Shown here: positions 13,766 through 28,017 of the stretch, piece by piece
How positions within the stretch are numbered: the first letter of the stretch is position 1
Layout: each line of letters starts with the position of its first letter
Assembly: GCF_006345805.1 (NCBI RefSeq)
Contig: NC_043022.1
Coordinates: 10,292,001 to 10,356,000 of the forward strand
From: Octopus sinensis
Lineage: Eukaryota
Reading direction: 5' to 3'
DNA length: 64,000 bases
Made by a program: the position numbers and the translations under genes
Notes under the pieces: model-generated
Told to the model about the DNA's origin: nothing
Database searches by the model: none
What the model saw: the letters and a program-made list of their open reading frames with translations, nothing else

Positions 13766-14329
13766 TAGTATTATATATATATACATATTTACAACACACA
13801 CGTATATGTTACACTCATATAATTAGATACACATACATACATATACAAATATATATATCATGTATGTATACACAAGTGTAAACATGTGTATGTATGTATA
13901 TATTTATATATACATATATAAGTATATATGTGTATGCATATATATATTTATCTGTACGCGCGCATGTGTGTGCGCGCGCTCACGCGTTCGTGCGTGTGTA
14001 TGTGTGCGGATGTGTGTGCGTGTGAAATATGAGTGTCCTATTAACTTTGTGTCACTAGATATGTTGACACTAATTTCTTGTGCAAGCCTTGTTTTGATGC
14101 AATATATAAAGTTGCGACAGGAGACAATGACATGAGCTGTGAAAATGGGTTGCTGCGTCTGATTTAGAGATGAAGGCAGCGGCCGACGAGGATGGTTTTA
14201 ATCATATTTGATTACCAGTTCATACATCGCAGGTTCTAATCTGTCTTTTGGCACAGAACAGTTAACTCTTAAATTAAAAGTGGTTCAACCCATCTTAGCC
14301 GGCGAAGTGATTGGCCTTGTTATCGAGTT

Positions 14330-15170
14330 GTGAATGTGAGTTAGTGGCCAGTAAATGGCGTAGTGAAGTTGACAATTCAGACGGCTATGTGAAGCTGCTG
14401 GAGACTGTGGTGAAACCCCGACTGGAGAGGTTAGCCGCTAGAATGTCATATGTGCAAGGCGGCGAGCTAGCAGAATCGTTAGCACGCTGGGCGAAATGCT
14501 TAGCGGTATTTCGTCTGTCGCTATGTTCTGAGTTCAAATTCCGTCGAGGTCGACTTTGCCTTTCATCCTTTCGGGGTCGATTAAATAAGTACCAGTTACG
14601 CACTGGGGTCGATTTGATTGACTTGATCCGTTTGTCTGTCCTTGTTTGTCCTCTCTGTTTAGCCCCTTGTGGGTAGTAAAGAAATAGGTATTTCGTCTGC
14701 CTTGACGTTCTGAGTTCAAATTCCGCCGAGGTCGACTTTGCCTTTCATCCTCTCAGGATCGATAAATTAAGTACCAGTTGCGCACTAGGGTCGATGTAAT
14801 CGACTTAATACCCTTGTCTGTCCTTGATTGTCCCCTTTATGTTTAGCCCCTTGTGGGCAATATAGAAATAAGAATGCCATATGTGTGGCAGCAGAAAGAG
14901 TCAAAAGTAATTGTCGAAAAATTTCAACGATTTCACCTGCCCCAATTTCCGGCCACATAATTCCCCCGATTGTGATCCCATGGATTACTAAGTATGGGGC
15001 ACAGTTGAGACAGACACCAACAGCTCTGCTAGAAACACCAAGGCGGAGCTGGTGACCAAGATCAAGGAAGTGTTCGAAGATCTTTCCAGGGACACAGTGA
15101 GGAACGCATTCGCCAGATTCCAGAGCCGTCTTGAGACCTTGGTGGAAGCTGAAGGCGACTACTTTAAATA
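14330..15170 (+). mobile_element. Tc1/mariner-superfamily (maT-like) transposase relic split by a SINE-B dimer
   Basis: YVKLLETVVKP.LER.AA.M.YV|WQQ...ENFNDFTCPNF.PHNSPDCDPMDY*VWG...KAELVTKIKEVF...RFQSRLETLVEAEGDYFK*. Confidence 0.85.
14455..14870 (+). mobile_element. SINE family B dimer (full copy plus head-truncated copy) with 15-bp TSD
   Basis: TSD agaatgtcatatgtg (14440-14454) / agaatgccatatgtg (14871-14885). Confidence 0.92.
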
Positions 15171-15272
15171 AAGTGTTATCACTCAACCATGAGAGATAAC
15201 TGTTTACTTATATATATATGGCCACAGCTTGTGAGCTGAAACTAAATAAAATTTTTAAAAAATATATATATG

Positions 15273-15570
15273 CTGAGACCCCCTTCGGTCATGAATGAAT
15301 ATGGGATTGCAACTAGAAAGTTACCCTCCCAGGCACAAGTCCGGGCAAGGTTGTTTATGGAAGACTAGCAGTCGCCCATGCATCCCGGCCTCCCCTCTCC
15401 ACGCCACAAGTGTTATACCCAAGGAAAAGGCAAAGGGGCCGATACAGCTTGGCACCTGTGACGTCACAACTCATTTCTACAGCTGAGTGAACTGGAGCAA
15501 CTTGAAATAAAGTGTCTTGCTCAAGAACACAACACGCAGCCCGGTTCGGGATTCGAACTCACAACCTCAC
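15273..15570 (-). mobile_element. SINE family C, head-truncated
   Basis: Aligns to 6922-7230. Confidence 0.9.
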
Positions 15571-15968
15571 AACGTTCAATATATATATATATATATTGAT
15601 TTTTTTTTCCAAATTCTTGTATTTTTCGATGGGATATTGCGTTTTGTTTTCCTCTTATGCAAACTGTCAAATTTAGCCCGAACACCCTGTGCCTTAATAT
15701 GGTTATATATATATGTGAAAGGAGTAACTAGACAGTAGCGGGTGTAAAGTGGTGTAACGAGTGCTTATACGTTGATATGGTTATCTTGGTATGAACGAGA
15801 GTAATTAACCGGTAGAGTAGTAACTAGGACAGTGCAGAATTGTACTTATAAAGTAGTATGCTTATCAAGGTATGAAGGTATGTCTGTTTTTTTTTTACAT
15901 ATTTACTCTGTCTTTTCTTTTGTATAGGGTTGATCCATATCAAGTAGTATCTATTTATCAATTTTCCT

Positions 15969-16211
15969 CTAATCCACGTTCCGGGCGGCGAAACCCGGGT
16001 TGGCCGCCAGTGTTGTAAGATTGAAGCCGGAGAACGTGTCGCTGCACGCCGCGTCCCCAACTAGGGATATGTCTTCTTCGAATGGGAAGGGAGTTATTCC
16101 GTCGGCCTGCTGGCTCAAGCTTAAGACAAGAAGCCAGCCGCGTCTTTCTTTGTATCTGCGAAACTTTTTGAGTGCATTCACTGCTACTTCCATTGTTGTG
16201 ATTATTTCTTC
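15969..16211 (-). CDS. Candidate terminal coding exon of an unidentified gene
   Basis: Unique, GC-richer island. Acceptor ctgtagttgcag|GAA, then 80 open codons EEIITTMEVAVNALKKFRRYKERRGWLLVLSLSQQ...ARNVD*. No domain recognised. Confidence 0.35.
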   Translation of the reverse strand, partial: EEIITTMEVAVNALKKFRRYKERRGWLLVLSLSQQADGITPFPFEEDISLVGDAACSDTFSGFNLTTLAANPGFAARNVD

Positions 16212-16296
16212 CTGCAACTACAGACGTGGCCATATTAAGCTACTAACAAATAAGACAAAAATGGTTACTAATGTTTTTTTTTTAAGCGACACAGAT

Positions 16297-16692
16297 AGGC
16301 GCAGGAGTGGCTGTGTGGTAAGTAGCTTGCTTACTAACCACATGGTTCTGGGTTCAGCCCTACTGCGTGGCACTTTGGGCAAGTGTCTTCTACTATAGCT
16401 TCGGGCCGACCAAAGCCTTGTGAGTGGATTTGGTAGACGGAAACTGAAAGAAGCCCATCGTATATATGTATATGCATATATATGTGTGTGTGTGTCTGTG
16501 TTTGTCCCCACAACATCGCTTGACAACAGATGCTGGTGTGTTTATGTCCTCGTTACTTAGCGGTTCGGCAAAAGGAACCGATAGAATAAGTACTAGGCTT
16601 ACAAAGAATAAGTCCCGGGGTCGATTTGCTCGACTAAAGGCGGCGCTCCAGCATGGCCGCAGTCAAATGACTGAAGCAAGTAAAAGAGTAAA
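16297..16692 (+). mobile_element. SINE family A, full length
   Basis: AGGCGCAGGAGTGGCTGTGTGG head to GTAAAAGAG tail. Confidence 0.93.
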
Positions 16693-17165
16693 GGGACATT
16701 AGAAAGAAAGTGACACGTTACACATAAAGCTCTGGTTCACACTGAGCCGACTGCAAGAGAATTGCTATATGAACGCAAAATAAAAATGATACTTCCCAAT
16801 AACAGGACAGCAGCGTTAGATTAACCATTGAATAAAATAAGTACGGGCTTAGGGCACCAAGGGAAGGCAGAGGGCACCACAGAAATAGTAAATGGTTTAT
16901 GGTACAAAAGAAATCACTTTAAACTTGCAAAAATAATATTCGGGGTGCCTTGTCTCCACTTAGTATAGAAGCACATATTTTACGTAAGATTAATTTCGAG
17001 GATCTGATCAAAGACTTTGTAATTAAAAAAAAATTAGGGGAAAACTTTTCAGATATAAGTAGAGTAGAAGTATACAAAATTAACATTATTTTCCGTCTAA
17101 CTGTAGTTTTGCTTCATTTTGAAAAATAAAAACCCGTTTTATGGTTTATTATTGTTTATATTTTA

Positions 17166-17360
17166 TGGAGGCGCATGGCTTAGTGGTTAGAGTGTCGGAC
17201 TCACGGTCGTAAGATTGTGGTTTCGATTCCTGGATCGGGTGATACGTTGTTTCTTTGAGCAAAGCACTTCATTCAGCTGGTAAAAATGATTAATTCTGCA
17301 ACGGACCGGCGCCCTGCCCAGGGAGGAATATATACACCAAGAAACCAGCCCTATACTCCT
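17166..17360 (+). mobile_element. tRNA-derived SINE (D/E-related), diverged
   Basis: ggaggcgcatggcttagtggttagagtgtcggactcacgg...gtttcgattcctgg head. Confidence 0.8.
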
Positions 17361-17988
17361 TATGGAGTAATATGGACTATATTTTGAAATATATTTATAT
17401 GGATTGGGGGGAGGCACCAAAATCCTTTACCTCTTAATCCGGCTCTGGAGAGCAGCTACCACAGAACCTGGATTAACGTTACAGCCGTAAGAAATCTGAT
17501 TCTTTGCCGCGTAATGACACCCGTCTGTGTAATCTGTATTATTGGTGTTTGTTGAGAGCAAACCTGTTCACTTGGGCTATACTTGTCACTGCTACCGATC
17601 CATCAGAAAATTTACTGAGGGGGCAGCATCTTGCACTTCGCCATCACATTCTCCATAAAGTGGAACTTGCAGAAGTTGATGATGAAGGCTTGGTTTAATA
17701 GCAAAGTGTATGACCCCAGTCCTTTTAAGTTCATAAATCATACTATATCTCTCTCCATAGCTAACAGACAGAGGAAAACTCTTTGCCCTGACCGGTTGAA
17801 AGAGGGTGCGGAGGCGATCCTCACGATAAAGTTATTGTGTGTAGTAGGGGTCTTCAACCATCGAGCCACAGACAAGAATAGGGCGGCAAAGGAAGAATAG
17901 ACTTTGAAATTTTATTTCTATTCTATTGACTATCGCAGTCTGCGGGTCGATGATTTTTGTATTATATATGTAGCATGTATGAAATACA

Positions 17989-18310
17989 GAAGGCGCGTGG
18001 CTTAATGGTTAGGGCATTCAGCTCACGATCGTAAGGTCGTGAATTCAGTTCCCCGCGACACGCTGTGTCCTTGAGCAAGACACTTTATTTCACGTTGCTC
18101 CAGTCCACTCAGCTGGCAAAAATGAGTTCTACCTGTATTTCAAAAAGGCTGGCCTTGTCACACTTTGTGTCTCGCTGAATCTCCCTGAGAACTACATTAG
18201 GGGTACACGTGTCTGTGGAGTGCTCAGCCACTTGCACGTTAATTTCGCGAGCAGGCTGTTCCGTTGATCGTATCAGCTGGGATCCTCATCGTCGTAACCG
18301 ACGGAGTGCT
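17989..18310 (+). mobile_element. tRNA-derived SINE family F, full length
   Basis: tRNA-like head, central gtgtccttgagcaagacactttatttcacgttgctccagtccactcagctgg, tail cgtcgtaaccgacggagtgc. Confidence 0.88.
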
Positions 18311-18409
18311 CCTTTAATATGTAATACAAATGTATTATACATGTGATATGTATGTATTATATATGTATTATATAATACATATATAATTATATAATAATTT
18401 TTTTATAGT

Positions 18410-18610
18410 GATCAAATGTTTGTGCTGTACTGCAGCTCCTTCTTTCCATCAAATTGACCATTGTCTGAACAGGTGCACAAGTGTGCCACGCGTCAGGTGT
18501 CGAAGTGATCGCAGAGTAACGTGAGATGAAGTGTTTTGCTCAAGAACACAACGCACCACCCGGTCTGGGAAATGAAACCACGACCTCGCATGCGTGAGTA
18601 CAACACCTGT
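18410..18610 (-). mobile_element. SINE family G fragment
   Basis: ccatcaaattgaccattgtctgaacaggtgcac motif shared with 25370-25412 and 40535-40570. Confidence 0.7.
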
Positions 18611-19962
18611 ATACATATAGGTGTTGCATCTGCTCGTGAAGAAGAACCTATATGTATTATATATGTAATAATTAATTTATATATTATGCACTTTATTGTG
18701 TTTTGTTATGCATGTGATCCCTCGGCCTGTGGCAAAATTGTCTTGCTTGAAACCAATTCATAACGCAAGAAAGTTTAGGGACATCTGGTGTGTACGACAG
18801 ATCCAGCTATCAGCCGAAATTATTCGATAAATTCGGCTGATTGCCGGATCCGTGCTAAACGAGACAACAACTGTTTAACATCACTTCACAAATAAACAAT
18901 GGTCGGACACTAAACAAACAAATGCAGAAAGATCTCGTCACTTTCCGAGCATATCAAACAAGTTTATATACCTGTACTGTTTATCCCCAACCGGCTATGT
19001 TTCCGTGTGGCACTGCCTGACCAGGAGTTTCTGCAAGTGTTCTATGGCTTCCGAGCTGAAAGTTCACCAAATTAAGGAAGAATAATTAGAAGAACGATTA
19101 TTTATTTTCTGGTTACATGTATTTTAACAAGAAATACATACTATACATGAAAATAATAATATTCACATACATATACATACATAGTACATCTATATTCATA
19201 TACAAATACACACACACACACTTTAATAAGAATACAAGTATACATACATGCACACATACGCATGTGAAAGCACACACACACACACACACCAACAAAGACG
19301 TAGAAATTTACGCATTTTCACTAACAAAGATGTCGTTCATTTTTTTTCTTTTTGAACTGAACCTGCGGACAGATGTGGAAACGCAAATAAGTTATAAATA
19401 TATATACACCTATTAACGAAAACACACACACACACACACACACAACACACACCACACACACACACATACATAATGCTTATTGTTGTATAGTCGCCCGAAA
19501 TTGTGCCCACCCCCTCCGGCCAAAAACAAAAAAGAGCGAGTGTAGAATAGTTGATATAAAATATACGTTAGAAAATCTACGTAAAAAGAAATCCCCCACC
19601 TCCATTATCAATCATTTACAACAGAAACGATACAGTCTTAGCTCGCCGTTACGTCCCTTACTTAGTCCTCTCCACACTGATAAGGTAATTAATTCTCCAA
19701 AAACAAACCCGTGCGTTGATCAAAGCAATGTGATGTCAGTAATGTCATTGAACAACTTAGCACATACACGATCGTAAGATCGTTTCGCTGTTTTTGTTGT
19801 TGCTTTGGTTGCTGTTGATGTAATTTCGCTGCTTTGGTTGATAAATAGTAACTTTGTTTGCTTGCTTTCTGCTGTCTTTAATGGTGTACATATCTTTCAA
19901 GAAACACTTGTCATTACATGCTACAGAAGTATTTGAGTATTTAAATTTTCATGCGTACGCAT

Positions 19963-20025
<63 letters not shown>

Positions 20026-20248
20026 ATACATACATACATACATACATACATACTACATACATAGGTGCATGCATGCATACATTGGTACATGATGTGTCCT
20101 TACATATATGTATGCATACATAAAACTTACACACATGCATACATACATACATACAGATATATTAGATACATATGAATAAACATAGATATATGCATAAAAT
20201 TCATATACGTATAGACATTCATGCACACATACACACACACACACACAC

Positions 20249-20313
<65 letters not shown>

Positions 20314-20483
20314 CGTACATACAAATATGCATACATATACATCCGTACAGATATACATACAGACATACATACCCACATACATGCACACACATACATACAT
20401 ACATACATACGTACATACATGATAGATCGATAGCCACTAAACCTTTTTTAAAATTTTCTCTCCCTGTTTATTTTCTCATGTTC

Positions 20484-20519
20484 CTTTCTGTTGAAGAGCG
20501 TAGGCTCGAAACGTAAAAG
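20484..20519 (+). ncRNA. Minimal hammerhead-like motif (Penelope-type, variant core)
   Basis: CUUU-CUGUUGAA-GAGC-guag-GCUC-GAAAC-GUA-AAAG. Core deviates from CUGANGA. Confidence 0.5.
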
Positions 20520-20544
20520 ACTTTCTTACTTCCCGAGCGTTAAA

Positions 20545-20767
20545 CTCTCTTTCTCTCTTTTTCTCTCTTTTACTTGTTTCAGTCATTTGACTGCGGCCAT
20601 GCTGGAGCACCGCCTTTAATCGAGCAACTCGACCCCGGGACTTATTCTTTGTAAGCCCAGTACTTATTCTATCGGTCTCTTTTTTGCCGAACCGCTAAGT
20701 GACGGGGACGTAAACACACCAGCATCGGTTGTCAAGCGATGCTAGGGGGACAAACACAGACACACAA

Positions 20768-20837
<70 letters not shown>

Positions 20838-21006
20838 TACGACAGCTTCTTTCAGTTTCCGTCTACCAAATCCATCCACTCACAAGGCATTGGTCGGCCC
20901 GGGGCTATAGCAGTAGACACTTGCCCAAGATGCCACGCAGTGGGACTGAACCCAGAACCATGTGGTTGGTTAGCAAGCTACTTACCACACAGCCACTCCT
21001 GCGCCT
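20545..21006 (-). mobile_element. SINE family A, full length
   Basis: Same consensus as 16297. Confidence 0.93.
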
Positions 21007-21575
21007 AATACATCTGTTTGTTGTTTACACACCCGTCTTCAATTTTTTTGTTTTTTTGTAAATCTCGCTACATACATACATACATACAGACAGACATAAA
21101 TTTTTCAATGTGTGTATACATACATACATATATACATACATACATATATACATACATACATATATACATACATTCATACATATATATATCCTCACAAACA
21201 TACATATAGACATAAATACATAAATTCTTACATGCACACATACATACATACATACATATGTGTGGGAGCAGTATGACCAAATGGTTAAGACGTTCGCTAG
21301 ACAATTACGAGGTTTCTGGTTCGATCCGTGTGCACAGCCTTGCATTGTGAGTGAATATGAATAGCCAGAAACCGCGCTGAAGCCCATCTATTGGATTGTT
21401 GTGGTAATTCAAAAGATAGTCTTTTACCCACTTTCTGCTACAGTGCCTCAGGATTACGTTATCGTTACACGAGTCTGCTCAACCACGTACACATCAATTC
21501 AGGAGTAGATTATTTCGTTCATTGAACGACCGAGATCCGCCATGCTTACTCGCGCGCAGCGCACTCTCGCACACA

Positions 21576-21943
21576 CTCTTTACTCTTTTACTTGTTTCAG
21601 TCATTTGACTGCGGCCATGCTGGAGCACCGCCTTTAGTCGAGCAAATCGACCCCGGGACTTATTCTTTGTAAGCCCAGTACTTATTCTATCGGTGTCTTT
21701 TGCCGAACCGCTAAGTGACGGGGACGTAAACACACCAGCATCGGTTGTCAAGCAATGCTAGGGAGACAAACACATACACATATATATACGACAGGCTTCT
21801 TTCAGTTTCCGTCTACCAAATCCACTCACAAGGCATTGGTCGGCCCTGGGGCTATAGCAGAAGACACTTGCCCAAGATGCCACGCAGTGGGACTGAACCC
21901 GGAACCATGTGGTTGGTTAGCAAGCTACTTACCACACAGCCAC
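21576..21943 (-). mobile_element. SINE family A
   Basis: Same consensus. Confidence 0.93.
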
Positions 21944-22119
21944 ACATTCGAGATACATATATAAGTTTATGTGTTCGATTACCAGCGGTGCGTTGTGTCT
22001 CTGTACATCCTTGATTCAGATGTATATGTGCGCGCACACGTGCTTCTATCTATATGTGTACTTGTATATGTGTGTGTGTGTGTGTGTGTGTGCGAGTCTG
22101 TGTATGTGTTTGTGAGTCA

Positions 22120-22161
<42 letters not shown>

Positions 22162-22264
22162 AGGCTCGTATTTTAATAATTAGGATGTTGGGCTTTCGAT
22201 TCCTGGAGCGGGCGGCAAGTTATATCCTAAAGCAAGATACTTCATTTCATTTACTCTCTCTCAC

Positions 22265-22308
<44 letters not shown>

Positions 22309-23241
22309 ATATTATATATATATATATATATAATATATATTATATATGTATGTATGTATTTATATATACACATATACATACATGTGTATGTGTGTGTGTG
22401 TCTGTGTGTGTGCATGTGTATACACCAAAGTACTGGTGAGTTTTATTTCATTTAATATCTATATCTATATAGTATACATATATAAATTTTTCGTGTTTTT
22501 TTTTGTTTTTCTTTTTACGCAAATCAGCTGAAATATCTATCGCAGTCTCTACACAATCCAGCACCTTTGCCTCAACCACACAACAGCACCAACACTAACA
22601 ACAGCACCAACACTGAACTGTTCTGGATTTCTTAAATTTTGTTAGATATTTAAACTAGCATCCGTTCAACTAACTTTATTTAATCATTTAATCGAATTTC
22701 ACTTGACTTAACATTCGCATGATGGATTGAACTGCTCTTGCTCAATTCTGATTGGTATTTTGAGCCTCTCTTTTGTTATATTTGAGCTAAGCTTTGTAAA
22801 ATCTAACGACTTAAGAGTCTGCTACCTACCGACGATAAAACGTTTGGCTTAAATTCAAGTACTGACACACAGCTTTCACAACTGTGGCAATACTGTTGTA
22901 TCACGTAGACAGTTTTAATCCCCCATAAGAATACTACTAACATTTATGGTTCAGTACCGCATTTAAGCACATTTCTTTTTCTGGAAAAAAAGAAAACAAA
23001 AACTGGATTTTCCGGATTGTCACATACGTATATACATATTCACGCATCCATGAATATATATATATTGAGTGTGTGTATGTATGTCGTTCTCTTTGTATAT
23101 ATGTGTATATATGTACAAATACACACAGATATATATGCATGTATGAATGTATGTGTGTATGTATGTATGTATGTATGTGTCACATCCATGACCAAAATTA
23201 AATTCTTGCTAATATAGCCGTGACCCTGCCCTCGCACACAC

Positions 23242-23294
<53 letters not shown>

Positions 23295-23736
23295 CTATTC
23301 TTGATTTTATCTCATCCAAAAAACCTAACTGAATAAAAGTTTGCATAAAAACCAAATAGTTTCTCAGGTCTACCATGCCTTGTCTCTGTAGTTCCGTCTG
23401 GTTACACATCAGTAGTTAATATCTTAAATTATAGAAACCATCTTGCTCTTACGAATTGTTTCACGCTCCAAATGTTAGCACTAAACAAACGTTTTTTTTT
23501 TCTTTTCTTTTTTTTTTACCTGTCCCTATTTCAAAGAAATAGGATTAATCCCGAAATTGATTCAATATAGAAATAACGAATTTTAAAAAAAATTCTGTTG
23601 GCTAGCTCTCCTCGATTTCAGCACGACATGTATTTATAGTGAATGTATAATACGCTCTCCACCACCAACAACAAAAACAACACCATCGCCACCATCAACA
23701 GCACCACCACAACTACCAACATTGCCAACAGCAGCA

Positions 23737-24252
23737 GGCGCAGTGGCCCAGTGGTTAGGGCTGCGGACTCGCGGTCGTAAGAACGCGGTTTCGATTCCCA
23801 GACCGGGCATTGTGAGTGTTTATTGAGCAAAAACACTTAAGCTCCACAAGGCTCCGGCAGGGTGCGGGTGGTGAACCCCGTTGTACTCTTTCACCACGAC
23901 TTTCTCTTACTCTTTATTCCTACTTCTGCCACAAAGCAGAGGAACCATGGTGTAACCCACTATGGTGTGGTAAACTTTCAGACCCTAGTCTAGATTGCGA
24001 ATCCTCTGTACCCCAGGATGGTTCAGCTCTCCACCCGTTAAAAGCCACCGTTTACGGAATGAGGATAACAACGTAGCTTTCGCGCTCGTGCAACTGCCAG
24101 TCTATCGCGTGTGGTGGGTGGATCTTCAAGTTTCCACACGCATTCTTGGTAGCTTAGAGTAGGCTCGAGTTAGAGATTATTCTTTGTGGCTAATGGCGTG
24201 AGTCCTGATTGGAAGAAGAAGAAGAAGAAGAAGAAGAAGAAGAAGAAGAAGA
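23737..24252 (+). mobile_element. D-related tRNA-SINE with a long LINE-like 3' part ending in (GAA)n
   Basis: Head gcaggcgcagtggcccagtggttagggctgcggactcgcgg...gtttcgattccc. (GAA)n at 24212-24252. Continuity of the middle part is inferred. Confidence 0.6.
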
Positions 24253-24627
24253 GGACAGCAACACCACCATGAACGACATCACCGCCATCAGCAACATCCC
24301 CCCAACATCACCATCACAACTACAAAAGCTCCAACTTGACAACCACCATCACCTCCTCCAACACTACAACCATTATCACATGCATGCAGCGAAGTACAAC
24401 TTGACGAGTTGATGGGTGATATTAGGACATCTGTCAGAGTTGCTGTTTGAGGGACAGGTTGATTAAATGCTGTCGTCTGCATTAATGTAATGGTATTCGG
24501 TTAAACATATTAAAATATGGAGATTATGTTGCCTTTATCTTAATTTTCCCCCCAATAATTTAGTCTATTTTGTGCGAGCGAAAACACCTAATTTCTGTCA
24601 GATAATCAGATATAATTACAGTGATAC

Positions 24628-24665
<38 letters not shown>

Positions 24666-25504
24666 TTATGTATGCATGTCCTTATTCAGTTTTCTACCGA
24701 GACGTCTTAGCAATGGGGAAAGAGCTGATTTCTAACCGAGATCCCAAATACCTTCATTGAAATTTCAACATCAACAGAATATTTTTGCATGAATGTGTAT
24801 TTATGGGTAATATTTGGAATTAGTGCATATACAGATTCGTATGTTTTGTTTTATGTATGTATTCTCATGCATATAGTTGCATGTCTAGACATGCGCATAT
24901 ATGCTTAAAATGGTAAACTTCTGGAAAGTTTTACAGATTTTTACAGTTCCTGTAATGGCTTGGATCTGTCAGATAATCTTCGAATCAGTTTTCTCCCTTC
25001 TGGTTTTCAGAAGCCTAATTCCTCAAGATTGGTATTCTTAAGTGTGTTGCGTACGTACGTATGTACGTACGTACGTACGTATGTATGTATGTATGTATGT
25101 ATGTATGTATGTATGTATGTATGTATGTATGTATGTATGTATATATGTGTGTGTATGTGTGTATATATGTGTGTATATGTATGCATGTATGTGTGTATAT
25201 GTATGCATGTATGTGTGTATATGTATGCATGTATGTGTGTATATGTATGTATGTGTGTATATATGTATGTATGTATGTATGTATGCATGCATGTATGTAT
25301 TCAGCTTTTGCCGAACGACCTGAACAAATGATTTGTTTATAGTGATCAAATGCTCGAGCCACACATTAACTCATTCTTTCCATCAAATCGACCATTGTCT
25401 GAACAGGTGCACTACTTGTATAGTTGCTCCACTTGAACTCTCCATGTTGCACAATATATCTTGAGAATAAATTCATTCATAGATCGAGTACAGAACATAT
25501 TACA

Positions 25505-25680
25505 CAAGGCCTGAAACGGGGCTGGTCGATCTCATTGACCCCAGTGCTTGACTGGTACTTATTTTGTCAATCGCGAATTCACGAAAAACAAAGTCGACCG
25601 CAGCGCAATTTGAACTCAGAACGTAAAGTCGGACAAAATTCCGTCTGGCATGCTAACGATTTTGCAAACTCTCAGCCTTT
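25505..25680 (-). mobile_element. SINE family B, diverged
   Basis: Reverse-complement match to the B consensus. Confidence 0.75.
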
Positions 25681-27446
25681 CATATACAAAAACATATTAA
25701 ATGGTTCGAGCAGTTCTTGCTTGTTAAGACCAGCACTCCCTACACACACACACACACAGGTAAAAAAAATTTAAAAAGCAGCAACAACTTGAAACTCTAT
25801 AATTTTCACTGCTTTGGTGCTACAATTGTTTCGTGTGGAAAATATATAATCTGCATTGCCAAAATGAGGATAACATCGAGTTTATACATCACTCAGAGCT
25901 AAAACTACGTACCTCCAGCGCCTTCTCAAAATCCGACTCACATTCCATAGCTACATGGTTCGATATTGATATGTTTTTAGATCTCAACCTGCCCTATTCT
26001 GTTTCATACAACCATAAAACAAACCAGAGGAGGAAAATATTTTATAGCTTCACAAATTCCTCCAAGGAATATCAGTAAAGCCAACACCTGGATATATTTC
26101 GGACAAGACATATGATGAAGATATGTGACAGTCGTATTTCATTGTCATGTCAATACATTTAAAAAATCATCAAAATAGAGTAGAAGCTGCCACATCAAAG
26201 CCAAAACTGATTAGAATTTAGTGGGGTTTTCCTCCTTAAGAGGTAAAAAAAATTCTTGATTTCATCATCATGTCAAATACTTTGAATGATATGGGAGGTA
26301 GTTTATGCGAACGATATAATTCTCTTTTTGAAAAATTTGTCGTGAAATATTGTGATTAGAAACTGCTCAGGTATTTGAGATTTTCTCAAGATGTCAACCA
26401 GAAGAGATGTAGGTTTGTATCGGCAAAACTTTATGACGCAAGGTGTGTGTGTGTGTATGAGAGAGAGAGAGAGAGCCTATGAATGTTTTCAAAACAAAGT
26501 AGAATCTAAAAGTGACAGTCGACTCTCATAAATTTCCGAGCGCAAAATGTGAAAACAATAGGAATGGAACTTGTAGAAAAATGTAGATTCGGTTTCGAAT
26601 CCTGGCTTAAAATCTAGGGAGTTATTCATTACACACACATATATATATATATTATTTTTTTCGTTTACTTGTTTCAGTAATTTGATTGCGGCCATGCTGG
26701 AGCACCGCCTTTAAGGGTTTTAGTCGAACACATTGAGCCCAGGACTTATTTCTTAAGCCTTGTACTTATTCTATGGGTCCATTGCAGGATGAAATCATGT
26801 GACCTGGCAGTTTCGGCAACCGTCTGTCAACGATATAATTTCGAGCGCTGTTATGTAGTCTGTGTTCTAACAGGACGTCCACTTTAAGCTGGAGATCAGG
26901 ATTACCTCTTGCTATTAATATTGTTTCTTTCGCCGTTATTTTTTTGATAAGCCCACTGGCTATTTGCGACACCAGTGCTTGAATAGAAACTGAGAGTCTA
27001 TACGTTGTTGACTGGAGATTCAGCATCTGTCACTGAGAAACCCGTGGCAGGGTGAAATCACACGATCAGGCTGTTCCGGCAGCCGTAGCAGACGATTCTT
27101 GTCTGTCGGCGATATATTTTCGGCTGCATGTACGCACCACGAGTCGTGATAGTTTCTCTCAGAATAAATTACTCAGTATTTTGTGTCCTAACACAACCTC
27201 CGTGTTAAGCTGGAGATCAGGATTATATATTTATATCGTCAACGTATCATATATCCGAAAAAGAAGCTGACTCTTAAAGCATAGAGCAGTAATTTATTTA
27301 TATGCTGTTAAGTATTCGTCCTGTGATAGAGTGACTACCACCACCACCACCACTGCTGGTACCACCATCATCACACTATAGCAACTGCTGTATCTTTTAT
27401 GGATGCAAAACCATTGGCCACTCTATAATCGGACATAAACTTAACT

Positions 27447-27846
27447 GCAGGAGTGGCTGTGTGGTAAGTAGCTTGTTTACCAACCACATGGTTCCGGGTT
27501 CAGTCCCACTGCGTGGCATCTTGGGCAAGTGTCTTCTACTATAGCCTCGCGCCGACCAATGCCTTGTGAGTGGATTTGGTAGACGGAAACTGAAAGAAGC
27601 CCGTCGTATATATGTATATATATATATGCGTGTGTGTTTGTGTGTCTGTGTTTGTCCCCCTAGCATTGCTTGACAACCGATGCTGGTGTGTTTATGTCCC
27701 CGTTACTTAGCGGTTCGGCAAAAGAGACCGATAGAATAAGTACTGGGCTTACAAAATAATAAGTCCCGGGGTCGAGTTGCTTGATTAAAGGCGGTGCTCC
27801 AGCATGGCCGCAGTCAAATGACTGAAACAAGTAAAAGAGTAAAGAG
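27447..27846 (+). mobile_element. SINE family A
   Basis: Same consensus. Confidence 0.93.
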
Positions 27847-28017
27847 TAAATATATGTTTGTGTGTGTGTGTGTATGTGTGGTACTCATTTCTTTGACTCT
27901 CTGGGGATAAAAAGCAAAGTACGTAAAAACGTAAAAACGGCTGAAATACCGCTCAGTACATTTTGCCCGACATGCATAACGATTCTTTTCTACTCTCAGC
28001 ACAAGGTCCGAAATTTT

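Noticed and set aside
17612-17760. Minus-strand candidate exon YGERYSMIYELKRTG...DAAPS
   Set aside because: Weak donor, competing frames on both strands, nothing recognisable.
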